The notes below the pieces were generated by a model. It was given only the letters and a program-made list of their open reading frames with translations. It did not search any database and had not been told where the DNA came from. A stretch of DNA of 64,000 nt from Candidatus Parcubacteria bacterium (GTDB lineage: Bacteria > Patescibacteriota > Minisyncoccia > Phycocordibacterales > CAIJYI01), in contig JAPLYL010000003.1 of the NCBI GenBank assembly GCA_026395595.1, forward strand, positions 76,136 to 140,135, in the 5' to 3' direction. A program made the translations under genes and the position numbers. Shown here one piece after another: positions 47,739-56,187 of this stretch. Positions within the stretch are counted from its first letter, which is position 1, and each line of letters opens with the position of its first letter.

Positions 47739-48233
47739 ATGGCAATAAACAAAGCAAAGAAAGTTGAGATATTGGAGCATTTGAAAGGAATCGCCAAAGG
47801 GGAAGGTTCTCGCGTTTTTGTGAACTTCCACGGAGTTTCCGTTTCCGATGTTACCGCAATACGCCGAGCCCTTCACCAAGAAGGAATCGGATACTTTGTG
47901 TCCAAAAAAACTCTCGCGCGAAAAGTATTCAATGAAGCGGGTATAGACGGAGAATTTCCGGAACTTTCCGGAGAGCTCGCTATCGCTTACGGAGAAGATC
48001 CGATCGCACCGGCGAGAGAAATGCAGAAGTTTCAAAAAACACTGAAAGAGAAAATTTCCATTCTCGGAGGGGTTTTTGAACATCGTTTTGTCGGAGCGGA
48101 TGAAATGAAAGTCATCGCCTCCATCCCGACGAGACAGATTTTGTACGGACAATTCGTTAACCTTATCAATTCTCCGATACAAGGATTGGTTATCTCCTTG
48201 GATGGTATCGCACAGAAGAAAGAAGCAGTCTAA
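47739..48233 (+). CDS. rplJ: 50S ribosomal protein L10
   Basis: KKTLA, upstream of rplL, typical length. Confidence 0.95.
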   Translation: MAINKAKKVEILEHLKGIAKGEGSRVFVNFHGVSVSDVTAIRRALHQEGIGYFVSKKTLARKVFNEAGIDGEFPELSGELAIAYGEDPIAPAREMQKFQKTLKEKISILGGVFEHRFVGADEMKVIASIPTRQILYGQFVNLINSPIQGLVISLDGIAQKKEAV

Positions 48234-48260
48234 AATATATAAGCACTAATAATAAAATTT

Positions 48261-48653
48261 ATGGAAGAAGAAAAAGTAGAAGTACCGGCGAAGTTCAAAG
48301 ACCTCGTTGAGAAAATTGAAACCATGAGCGTTCTTGAGCTCCATGAGCTCGTGAAATTGCTCGAAAAAAGATTCGGCGTATCAGCGGCTGCGGTTGCTGT
48401 CGCCGGAGCGGCAGCCCCGGCTGCGGAAGCTGCAGACGAAAAGAGTTCCTTCAATGTTGAACTCACTGCTGCCGGAGACCAGAAGATCGGAGTTATTAAA
48501 GTTATCAAAGAGGTTCTCGGACTCGGTTTGAAAGAGGCGAAAGATCTCGTTGAAGCGGCTCCTGCTATGGTCAAAGAAGGATTGAAAAAAGACGAAGCCG
48601 AAGCTTTGAAGAAAAAATTGGAAGAAGTCGGCGCAAAAGTTACGCTTAAATAA
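48261..48653 (+). CDS. rplL: 50S ribosomal protein L7/L12
   Basis: [24 protein letters not shown]. Confidence 0.98.
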   Translation: MEEEKVEVPAKFKDLVEKIETMSVLELHELVKLLEKRFGVSAAAVAVAGAAAPAAEAADEKSSFNVELTAAGDQKIGVIKVIKEVLGLGLKEAKDLVEAAPAMVKEGLKKDEAEALKKKLEEVGAKVTLK

Positions 48654-48725
48654 AGAAACGTTATACCCAAAGCAAAGGCCCCATTATGGGGCTTTTGTTT
48701 TGTTGAATTGGCCGGTTTCAAATAA

Positions 48726-48826
48726 AATTTTCAATTTACAATTTTTAATTTTCAATCAATTTTTAAATAACAATTTTCAAACACAGCGTCGTCCGTGTTT
48801 GAAAATTAAAAATTGTAAATTGAAAA
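48726..48826. repeat. Inverted 7-mer repeat arrays (AATTTTC/AATTTAC units)
   Basis: TTTTCAATTTACAATTTTTAATTTTCAA pairs with TTGAAAATTAAAAATTGTAAATTGAAAA. Confidence 0.82.
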
Positions 48827-48882
48827 CTTTATCGCGTATTTCTCCCGTGTCATAAATTATTTTTTCCTATATAATAAACCAT

Positions 48883-50739
48883 ATGGAACCACTCGTAAAA
48901 AACGAAACTAATCTTACTCGAGCGGGACTTCAGCGAAACGTTCTTCTTGATAGAGCGGAAGAAGTCGCCGAATCTCATCTTCCTTGGGCATGGAAATTAT
49001 TTCCTTTTACGGTATTCATTCTTCTGATTATCGGATCATATTCCACATGGAAGTATGCGACTTCCGTTTTTCCTGTTTCAGTATTTTCTCCTCGTTCCGT
49101 TCTCGCTATTTTTTCGGTCGTTACGCTTTTTTCTGTCGGCGTTATGCTCCTACTTATTGTTTTTATACGTTCATATTTGTCGGTCTTAAAAACAACCAAA
49201 GCTCTATACTTTCAAAATCAAATGTTCTCTCTTGTTACTGAAGGGGAGAATGACGGCGTGTGGGACTGGGATATGGTCGCGAACAAAATATATTTTTCTC
49301 CGCAATGGAACGACATGCTTGGGTATCGACAGACAACGATGTCTGACGACCCGAACGAGTGGTTTGCTCTTATCCACCCCGAAGATATTCCTTCTTTTCA
49401 GCAGGCATTACAGCTTCATATTGAAAGAAGAAGCGCTGTTTTTCGTTCGGAACATCGGGTACGGACGGTAAGCGGAGACTATCGGTGGGTGTTGGATCGC
49501 GGGCATGCCGTGTGGGACAAAAACAATAAAGTTCTTCGGCTCGCCGGTTCTACCACAGACATTTCAAACTTGAAAGAAGTTGAAAACGTACTCCACGGAA
49601 AAACAGAAGAACTTGAACAGGCGAATGAAATCGTACGACGAGAGAAAGTTAAAGACGAAGCGCTTTTGACGAGTATCGGTGATGGAATGATTGCTACAAA
49701 TGAAGACGGAAAGATTGTGGTGATGAACCCTCAGGCCGGGAAAATGCTCATGAGAGATGTTGCTTCTTCTCTCGGAAAATTTTTCGCCGAAATAATGCCG
49801 ATGGAACAGAACGAGAAAGAAGAGTTGCTGGCTCTTGGGGACAGACCCGTTATTCAAACACTCGTGCGGGGCGTTCGCATTACGAAAGTGTCCTACTTAT
49901 TCCGCTCCGATGGTACGAAATTTCCGGCATCAGTTACTTCCGCTCCAATATTTTTGGAAGGAAAAATTATCGGCGCCATTGTCGTGTTTAGAGACATTAC
50001 TCACGAAAAGGAAGTCGATAAAAGCAAAACAGAATTCGTTTCGCTTGCTTCACATCAGTTGAGGACTCCTCTTTCCGCCATTCGCTGGTATTCAGAAATG
50101 CTCTCGTCGGAAAAGTTGGGACCGCTTAATGATCAACAGAAAAGCTATCTCAAAGAAATTTATGACAGCAATAAGCACATGGTTGAGCTGGTCAACGCGC
50201 TTCTCAATGTTTCTCGCATTGACCTCGGTACTTTTGCCATTGAGCCGGAACCGACCGATTTCAAAGAAGTTGCCGAAAGCGTTCTTCATGAATTATTCGT
50301 AAAAATTCAGGAAGCGGAAATGCACGTTGCTTTTTCTTTTGAAGAAAATTTGCCGAAGGTGAACGCTGATCCAAAACTCGTGAGGATTATTTTCCAAAAT
50401 CTTTTATCAAATGCGGTGAAGTATACGAAAAAAGGAGGAAACATTTCCCTCGCTATTTCAAAAGATGCTCAAAATTTGCGTATCAAAGTTTCAGATAATG
50501 GTGTCGGCATCCCGACCAATGTTCAAAGCAAGATATTTACCAAACTTTTCCGCGCAGATAATGCTCGTATCGTTGAGTCGGAAGGAACGGGATTGGGGTT
50601 GTATATCGTAAAATCCATCATAGAAAAAGGAGGAGGAGCAATACGATTTGAATCGGTTGAGAACCAAGGAACGACTTTTTATGTAGACCTGCCTCTCTCT
50701 GGAATGACCGCTGTTTCCGGCGCTAAAGACTTGGCTTGA
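48883..50739 (+). CDS. Membrane PAS-PAS sensor histidine kinase
   Basis: 2 TMs, two PAS domains, SHQLRTPL H-box, NAVKY, DNGVGI, GTGLGL. Confidence 0.95.
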   Translation: MEPLVKNETNLTRAGLQRNVLLDRAEEVAESHLPWAWKLFPFTVFILLIIGSYSTWKYATSVFPVSVFSPRSVLAIFSVVTLFSVGVMLLLIVFIRSYLSVLKTTKALYFQNQMFSLVTEGENDGVWDWDMVANKIYFSPQWNDMLGYRQTTMSDDPNEWFALIHPEDIPSFQQALQLHIERRSAVFRSEHRVRTVSGDYRWVLDRGHAVWDKNNKVLRLAGSTTDISNLKEVENVLHGKTEELEQANEIVRREKVKDEALLTSIGDGMIATNEDGKIVVMNPQAGKMLMRDVASSLGKFFAEIMPMEQNEKEELLALGDRPVIQTLVRGVRITKVSYLFRSDGTKFPASVTSAPIFLEGKIIGAIVVFRDITHEKEVDKSKTEFVSLASHQLRTPLSAIRWYSEMLSSEKLGPLNDQQKSYLKEIYDSNKHMVELVNALLNVSRIDLGTFAIEPEPTDFKEVAESVLHELFVKIQEAEMHVAFSFEENLPKVNADPKLVRIIFQNLLSNAVKYTKKGGNISLAISKDAQNLRIKVSDNGVGIPTNVQSKIFTKLFRADNARIVESEGTGLGLYIVKSIIEKGGGAIRFESVENQGTTFYVDLPLSGMTAVSGAKDLA

Positions 50740-50792
50740 GTCGGGAAATCAGATATACTAATTGAGTAACCACCTATAAAAACTCTATTTAT

Positions 50793-51179
50793 ATGAACCA
50801 CAATCAAGATAAAAAAGTTCTTGTCGTTGAAGATGACCGCGTCTTAAGAAGAGTTATTGTGGATAATCTTAAATCAGAAGGATTTACTGTTGTGGAAGCG
50901 GAAGACGGGGCCGCCGGATTAGCAACGGCTGTTGCCGAGCACCCCGATCTTATTTTACTGGATGTCGTTATGCCGAAAATGGACGGTATCGCCATGCTGG
51001 AAAAATTGAGAGAAGACCACTGGGGCAAGGATGCGCAGGTTATCATGCTTACGAACCTAAGCGATGCGGATAAAGTTTCTTTTGCTGCAGAGAAGGGGGT
51101 GAAGGATTATCTGGTCAAAGCGGATTGGGATATTACCAGTATTATCCAAAAAGTCAAGGATAAAATAAGAGGTTTATAA
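50793..51179 (+). CDS. Single-domain response regulator
   Basis: VVEDD, LLDVVMPKMDG, MLT, YLVK. Confidence 0.95.
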   Translation: MNHNQDKKVLVVEDDRVLRRVIVDNLKSEGFTVVEAEDGAAGLATAVAEHPDLILLDVVMPKMDGIAMLEKLREDHWGKDAQVIMLTNLSDADKVSFAAEKGVKDYLVKADWDITSIIQKVKDKIRGL

Positions 51180-51343
51180 TTTCTGAGCGGTCTATCTGAT
51201 TGATCGCTCGCGTGGCTCGCTATGGCGTCTGGGCCAGTTTGGAAACTGGCGGATGAAAATCTTAGGTTTTTATCCTTTTTTGCTGTGGGATGTTCTGTTA
51301 GAGTCGCACGGCTTTTTTCCTGAAAAAATTAACGTGAATCCTT

Positions 51344-51371
51344 GCCCTGCCGTAGCTTTAGCGAAGGAGGG
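51344..51371. repeat. REP-like element (GCCG.AGC family)
   Basis: GCCCTGCCGTAGCTTTAGCGAAGGAGGG; relatives at 53164-53191 and 56317-56349 (reverse). Confidence 0.65.
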
Positions 51372-51522
51372 TCATCGAAAAATCCTCGTTTTTGTATATG
51401 TGGTAAAACTCAAAAAATCTCAACGAACTTTCTTTTGACAAACTATATATATATGATAAAGTCAGTACGGATTTGTTTTGGTAAAAAATACTTGTTTTTC
51501 ACAAATTGGTGAAGGAAAAAAT

Positions 51523-51681
51523 ATGAGTTTATTGTCTTCAAAGAATTGTCGTCGTGAGTTTTTTTGGGTGATTTTGGCCTTGTTCGCCGCTTCTTTAGTT
51601 TTCTCTGGTAACCTGGAAATAGTCTTTTTTTATATGGCCATAGCAGTAAGTGTTGTTGCTGTTACTTTACGAGTTTTTTAG
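51523..51681 (+). CDS. Small two-TM protein
   Basis: TTGACA promoter, GAAGGA SD, terminator downstream. Confidence 0.5.
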   Translation: MSLLSSKNCRREFFWVILALFAASLVFSGNLEIVFFYMAIAVSVVAVTLRVF

Positions 51682-51797
51682 AAAAGAAAGAAGGTGACAA
51701 CTGTTGGATTGAGAAAATAAAGTTTGTAACCGCCTCGGCATTTTGTCGGGGCGGTTTTTCCTTTTTCAAGTTTTCAAAAATATGGTATTGTACATAC

Positions 51798-53726
51798 ATG
51801 GATCCTCACAAAATCACTTACTTTGCTAAGGCGGATTTCCGCAATAAGATGACTGAGTTTGGCATAAAGGCGGAAGACCGAACTCGCCATGTGTACGTCA
51901 TTGGAAAGACGGGAATGGGGAAGTCTACACTTCTTGAAAACATGGTGGTTCAGGATATTCAGAGCGGAAACGGCTGCGCTTTCATAGATCCGCACGGAGG
52001 AACGGCGGAACTTTTGTTGGATTACGTTCCTGAGCACCGTATCAAAGATGTTATTTATTTCGCGCCTTTTGATACCGACTATCCGGTGGCGTTCAATGTC
52101 ATGGAAGATGTCGGTAAAGATAAACGCCATCTCGTCGCGGCCGGACTCATGAGCGCTTTCAAAAAAATATGGGTGGATGCATGGTCGGCTCGTATGGAAT
52201 ATATCTTGAGCAATACGCTGCTCGCTCTTTTGGAATTTCCCGGCGCGACGCTTCTCGGTGTGAATCGAATGTACTCGGATAAAGATTATCGCAAAAAAGT
52301 CGTTGATAATATCACTGACCCGTCCATCAAATCTTTCTGGGTGGACGAATACGCAAAATACGGCGAACGATATACACAGGAAGCGACTCCAGCCATTCAA
52401 AACAAAGTCGGGCAATTCGTCTCCAATCCGCTCATCAGAAATATCATCGGACAGTCAAAATCCACTTTTGATATTCGCGATGTCATGGACTCCAAAAAGA
52501 TTCTTATCATGAATCTTTCAAAGGGAAGAGTCGGCGATCAGAACACCAGCCTTCTCGGAAGCATGCTCATCACAAAAATATATCTCGCCGCGATGTCTCG
52601 CGCTGACGCTTCCCGTTCTGAAATGTCGGAACTGCCGCCATTTTATTTCTTCGTTGATGAATTCCAATCTTTTGCCAATGAATCTTTTGCGGACATTCTT
52701 TCCGAGGCGAGAAAATACAAACTTAATCTTACTATCGCTCATCAGTACATAGAACAGATGCCTGAAGAAGTGAGAGCGGCCGTATTCGGCAACGTTGGAA
52801 CGATGATTACGTTCCGTGTTGGGTCATACGATGCCGATGTCTTGGAAAAAGAATTTTTGCCGGCATTTTCCGCCGAAGATATTGTGAATCTTGATAAATA
52901 TCAGCTGTATCTCAAACTCATGATTGACGGCGTCGGGTCAAGGCCTTTTTCCGCCGTAGCGCTTCCTCCAATCAAAAAAGATGGTATTTCTTTCAAAGAG
53001 CAAATTCTTGAAAATTCCCGAAACGTATTCGCCAAGAAAAGGGAAGAGGTGGAAAAAGAAATAATGGAATGGCACGAGATGAGTTTTGCTGAGAAAAAGA
53101 ATCCGGTTATTCCTTCAACCTTCACTCCTCCGTCCGGCGGTTTTTCAACCGGCGCTTCCTTTGCCTCGCCGAAGCCTTTGACAGAGGCGGGTTCTCGCCC
53201 GGTACCTTCTCAACCGTCCTCAACTTTTCGTCCCCCAGTGCAACCGTATCGTCCAAATCAAGGAACAACAGGAACCACTCCCTCCCGACCGCCTTTTGTA
53301 CCGCGAAATAATCCTCCTGTCCAGCGTGAAATTCCCCAAGAGCAAAGCGCTAGCGTTTATGTCAAGAAGAGTGAACCGGTTGAGAGACGAAGTGTTCCTC
53401 GTATTATGCCCCGCACAGAACAGGTTCGCCGAGATATCCCTCCGCAAACACCAAGCGTCTCGCTTTCATCGCTCCGAAGAGACGCCGTGAAGACGCCCGA
53501 ACCTTCTCAAAACAGAAACTCTCTGAAAGAAGCCTTGCAATCAATTCTTCCTCCGAAAGAAGCTCAAAACGCTTCTCAGAAAAAAGAGGAAGCGAAGAAA
53601 GAAGAAATTCCCGTTCGTGAAATTCCACAGACCCAGAAACCGACGCCAACTCCGACCTCAACGCAAAGCGCGGTAAAAGAAATCCCCGAAGATGTATTGA
53701 AAGGCATGCTTAAAGTAGAAGAATAA
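51798..53726 (+). CDS. VirD4/TraD/HerA-like ATPase (T4SS coupling-protein-like) with Pro-rich C-terminal tail
   Basis: GKTGMGKS, IDPHG, FVDEFQ, SEARKY, AHQY. Confidence 0.9.
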   Translation: MDPHKITYFAKADFRNKMTEFGIKAEDRTRHVYVIGKTGMGKSTLLENMVVQDIQSGNGCAFIDPHGGTAELLLDYVPEHRIKDVIYFAPFDTDYPVAFNVMEDVGKDKRHLVAAGLMSAFKKIWVDAWSARMEYILSNTLLALLEFPGATLLGVNRMYSDKDYRKKVVDNITDPSIKSFWVDEYAKYGERYTQEATPAIQNKVGQFVSNPLIRNIIGQSKSTFDIRDVMDSKKILIMNLSKGRVGDQNTSLLGSMLITKIYLAAMSRADASRSEMSELPPFYFFVDEFQSFANESFADILSEARKYKLNLTIAHQYIEQMPEEVRAAVFGNVGTMITFRVGSYDADVLEKEFLPAFSAEDIVNLDKYQLYLKLMIDGVGSRPFSAVALPPIKKDGISFKEQILENSRNVFAKKREEVEKEIMEWHEMSFAEKKNPVIPSTFTPPSGGFSTGASFASPKPLTEAGSRPVPSQPSSTFRPPVQPYRPNQGTTGTTPSRPPFVPRNNPPVQREIPQEQSASVYVKKSEPVERRSVPRIMPRTEQVRRDIPPQTPSVSLSSLRRDAVKTPEPSQNRNSLKEALQSILPPKEAQNASQKKEEAKKEEIPVREIPQTQKPTPTPTSTQSAVKEIPEDVLKGMLKVEE

Positions 53727-53733
53727 AAACAAG

Positions 53734-53820
53734 AGCTTTTAGCTGTTAGGTTTTAGGTATGAGCTTAAAACGATTATTTTTGAAAAAGCTAAAAGCTGAT
53801 AGCTAATACCTAAAAGCTAA
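53734..53820. repeat. Inverted 7-mer repeat arrays, same family as 1288-1435
   Basis: GCTTTTAGCTGTTAGGTTTTAGG ... AGCTAAAAGCTGATAGCTAATACCTAAAAGCT. Confidence 0.8.
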
Positions 53821-53822
53821 TT

Positions 53823-54923
53823 ATGAAACTTCTTATTGCCACACCTCTTTATTTTCCGGAGATCGGCGGGCCGGCAACGTATACCAAATTTTTGGAAGAA
53901 AATCTTCCGAAAGATCAATTTGAAATTGAGGTTGTTCGGTTTAGCGAGGTAAAACATTTGCCGTACATTATTCGGCATATTGCTTTCTTTTGGAAAGTTT
54001 TTTGTTGCGCAAAAAAAGCGGATATGGTGTATGCGCTTGATCCGTTAGGCGTTGGTTTGCCGGCGGGTTTTGTCGCAAAACTTCGCGGTAAAAGATTTTT
54101 TCTGCGTATTGCCGGCGATAGAGCATGGGAAACTGCCCAGCAGAAATTCGGCATAACGGAATCGTTGGACACTTTTTCCGCATCAAAGAATTATTCCTTA
54201 CCGATACGTCTTTTAAAATTCGGTCAAACACGGTGCGCAAAAATGGCAGAGAGGATAATAGTGCCGAGCAGTTATCTCCAATTGGTGATTTCAAACTGGG
54301 GGATAAAAAAAGAAAAAATCAGAGTGGTCTACAACGCTTTTGAACCAATTGAAATTCTCGAAGGCAAAGAAATGCTTCGCCAAAAATTTGATATGAAAGG
54401 TACGGTCTTTATGAGCGCCGGCAGAATGGTGATATGGAAAGGTTTTGAAATGATCATCCGTTTACTGCCGAAATTGAAAAAAGAAATACCCGATGCCATT
54501 TTGCATATCGCAGGAGACGGTCCAGAAAAAGAAAAATTGGAACGCTTAGTCAAAGAACTTTCTCTTCAAAATGAAGTTATATTTTTAGGCAACATACCGA
54601 AAGACGAATTACTGCGAAGAATAAAAGCTTCAGATGTTTTTGTTTTGAATACTTTTTACGAAGGTTTTGCTCATCAGCTTCTTGAAGCGATGTCGGTTGG
54701 AACACCTGTGGTTTCAACCAACGTCGGAGGGAATCCTGAATTGATAGAAGATCAAAAAGAAGGTTTTTTGGTTGAATACAATAACGAGGAAGCCTTCCTT
54801 TCTGTTTTTCGAAAAACTTTGGATAAAGGCATATCTGAAGGGGTAGTACAAAAAGCTAAAGAAAAATTATTACAATTTACGGTCAAAAGAGCGGTTGATT
54901 CGTTTATTAAAGAATGCCAATAA
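53823..54923 (+). CDS. Glycosyltransferase family 4
   Basis: GGPA, GRM..WKG, EGFAHQLLEAM (EX7E). Confidence 0.92.
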   Translation: MKLLIATPLYFPEIGGPATYTKFLEENLPKDQFEIEVVRFSEVKHLPYIIRHIAFFWKVFCCAKKADMVYALDPLGVGLPAGFVAKLRGKRFFLRIAGDRAWETAQQKFGITESLDTFSASKNYSLPIRLLKFGQTRCAKMAERIIVPSSYLQLVISNWGIKKEKIRVVYNAFEPIEILEGKEMLRQKFDMKGTVFMSAGRMVIWKGFEMIIRLLPKLKKEIPDAILHIAGDGPEKEKLERLVKELSLQNEVIFLGNIPKDELLRRIKASDVFVLNTFYEGFAHQLLEAMSVGTPVVSTNVGGNPELIEDQKEGFLVEYNNEEAFLSVFRKTLDKGISEGVVQKAKEKLLQFTVKRAVDSFIKECQ

Positions 54924-56140
54924 TTATGAACGAACATAAAAAATTGCGAATACTTTCCATTTCCACCGATCGTGACATTTTCAGAGAGGGAAGCGAGGCG
55001 GAAGGGCGTATGAAAGATCTCGGCTCTATCGTTGAGGAGCTTCACATTATCGTTTTCACCAAAGGTTTCAAGTTTTTGAAAAAAAGACAGGTTTCGTCAA
55101 ATGTATGGGCCTATCCGACCAATTCTTTGTCTCGGTGGTTTTATATTTTTGGCGCGTACGCTTTGGCGAAGAAATTGTTTTTATTGCCTCGTGAGGATCT
55201 TTCTCCTTTTCTTTCAAACATTGATCTTATTACAACGCAAGATCCTTTTGAGTGCGGACTTGCCGGATATTTTATTTCAAAAAAACTTCATGCCCCGCTT
55301 CATTTCCAAATTCATACCGATTTCTTGAACGAGAACTTCCGGACGCAATCGCTCTTGAATCGCATAAGAGTGATTATCGCAAAATTCCTTCTTCGCGGCC
55401 GCGCAAATATAAGAGTCGTTTCGGAGAGAATAAAATTCTCCATTTTGGAAAAGATGTTTTATGGAAAACAGCTTTCTCCTCGCATTATAACGCTTCCGGT
55501 TTTTGTTGATGTAACCAGATTTAAAGAAACTCCCGAAACGCGTTTTCTTTCCGAAAAATATCCGGGACACAGTCTTCTTATTCTTGTTGTCTCACGTCTC
55601 GAAAAAGAAAAGAACGTCGGTCTCGCTATTCGTCTTGTTGCGGAAACGCGAAAGAGATCCTCTGATTCTCGTATCGGCATGGTTATTGCGGGAAGCGGAA
55701 GCGAAGAAAAATCTCTTCGCTCTCTTGTTAAAAGACTAAAACTGAAAGATCATGTTTTTTTTGAAGGGAAGGTTAATAATCTTGCTCCCTATTACAAATC
55801 GGCAGATCTTCTTTTTGTTACTTCTTTATATGAGGGGTATGGAAGAATGTTCCTTGAGGCATTCGCTTCGGGGTGTCCGGTCATTACTCATGATGTCGGC
55901 GCCGCGAAAGATATTCTTGGAAACACCAATGGAATAGTCTGTGATGAAGCGGATGAACTCTGTCTTATTCATAATCTGTCTGTGCTTTCAAAAGAGCCCG
56001 CGAGTCTTGATCAACTCAAACATTCCGCTCGCGCCAGCGCGGAACATTTTACTCCGAAAACAAAAGAACAATATCTCTCTGAATACCGCGATATGCTGGA
56101 AAAAGCGTCGGCGCGTGATGAATTTTTCCCGGTCCATTGA
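54914..56140 (+). CDS. Glycosyltransferase family 4
   Basis: SRLEKEKN, EGYGRMFLEA. Confidence 0.9.
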   Translation: MPIIMNEHKKLRILSISTDRDIFREGSEAEGRMKDLGSIVEELHIIVFTKGFKFLKKRQVSSNVWAYPTNSLSRWFYIFGAYALAKKLFLLPREDLSPFLSNIDLITTQDPFECGLAGYFISKKLHAPLHFQIHTDFLNENFRTQSLLNRIRVIIAKFLLRGRANIRVVSERIKFSILEKMFYGKQLSPRIITLPVFVDVTRFKETPETRFLSEKYPGHSLLILVVSRLEKEKNVGLAIRLVAETRKRSSDSRIGMVIAGSGSEEKSLRSLVKRLKLKDHVFFEGKVNNLAPYYKSADLLFVTSLYEGYGRMFLEAFASGCPVITHDVGAAKDILGNTNGIVCDEADELCLIHNLSVLSKEPASLDQLKHSARASAEHFTPKTKEQYLSEYRDMLEKASARDEFFPVH

Positions 56141-56187
56141 CTTTACCAATAGTTGTGGTTTTTTCTCATTTTTGGTAAGGTTTCTTT

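Noticed and set aside
51253-51438. 61-aa ORF after the response regulator
   Set aside because: Crosses a REP-like repeat and has no recognisable features.
1288-53820. CRISPR array from the short repeat regions
   Set aside because: Repeats are 7-8-mers in inverted arrays with no unique spacers; no cas genes.
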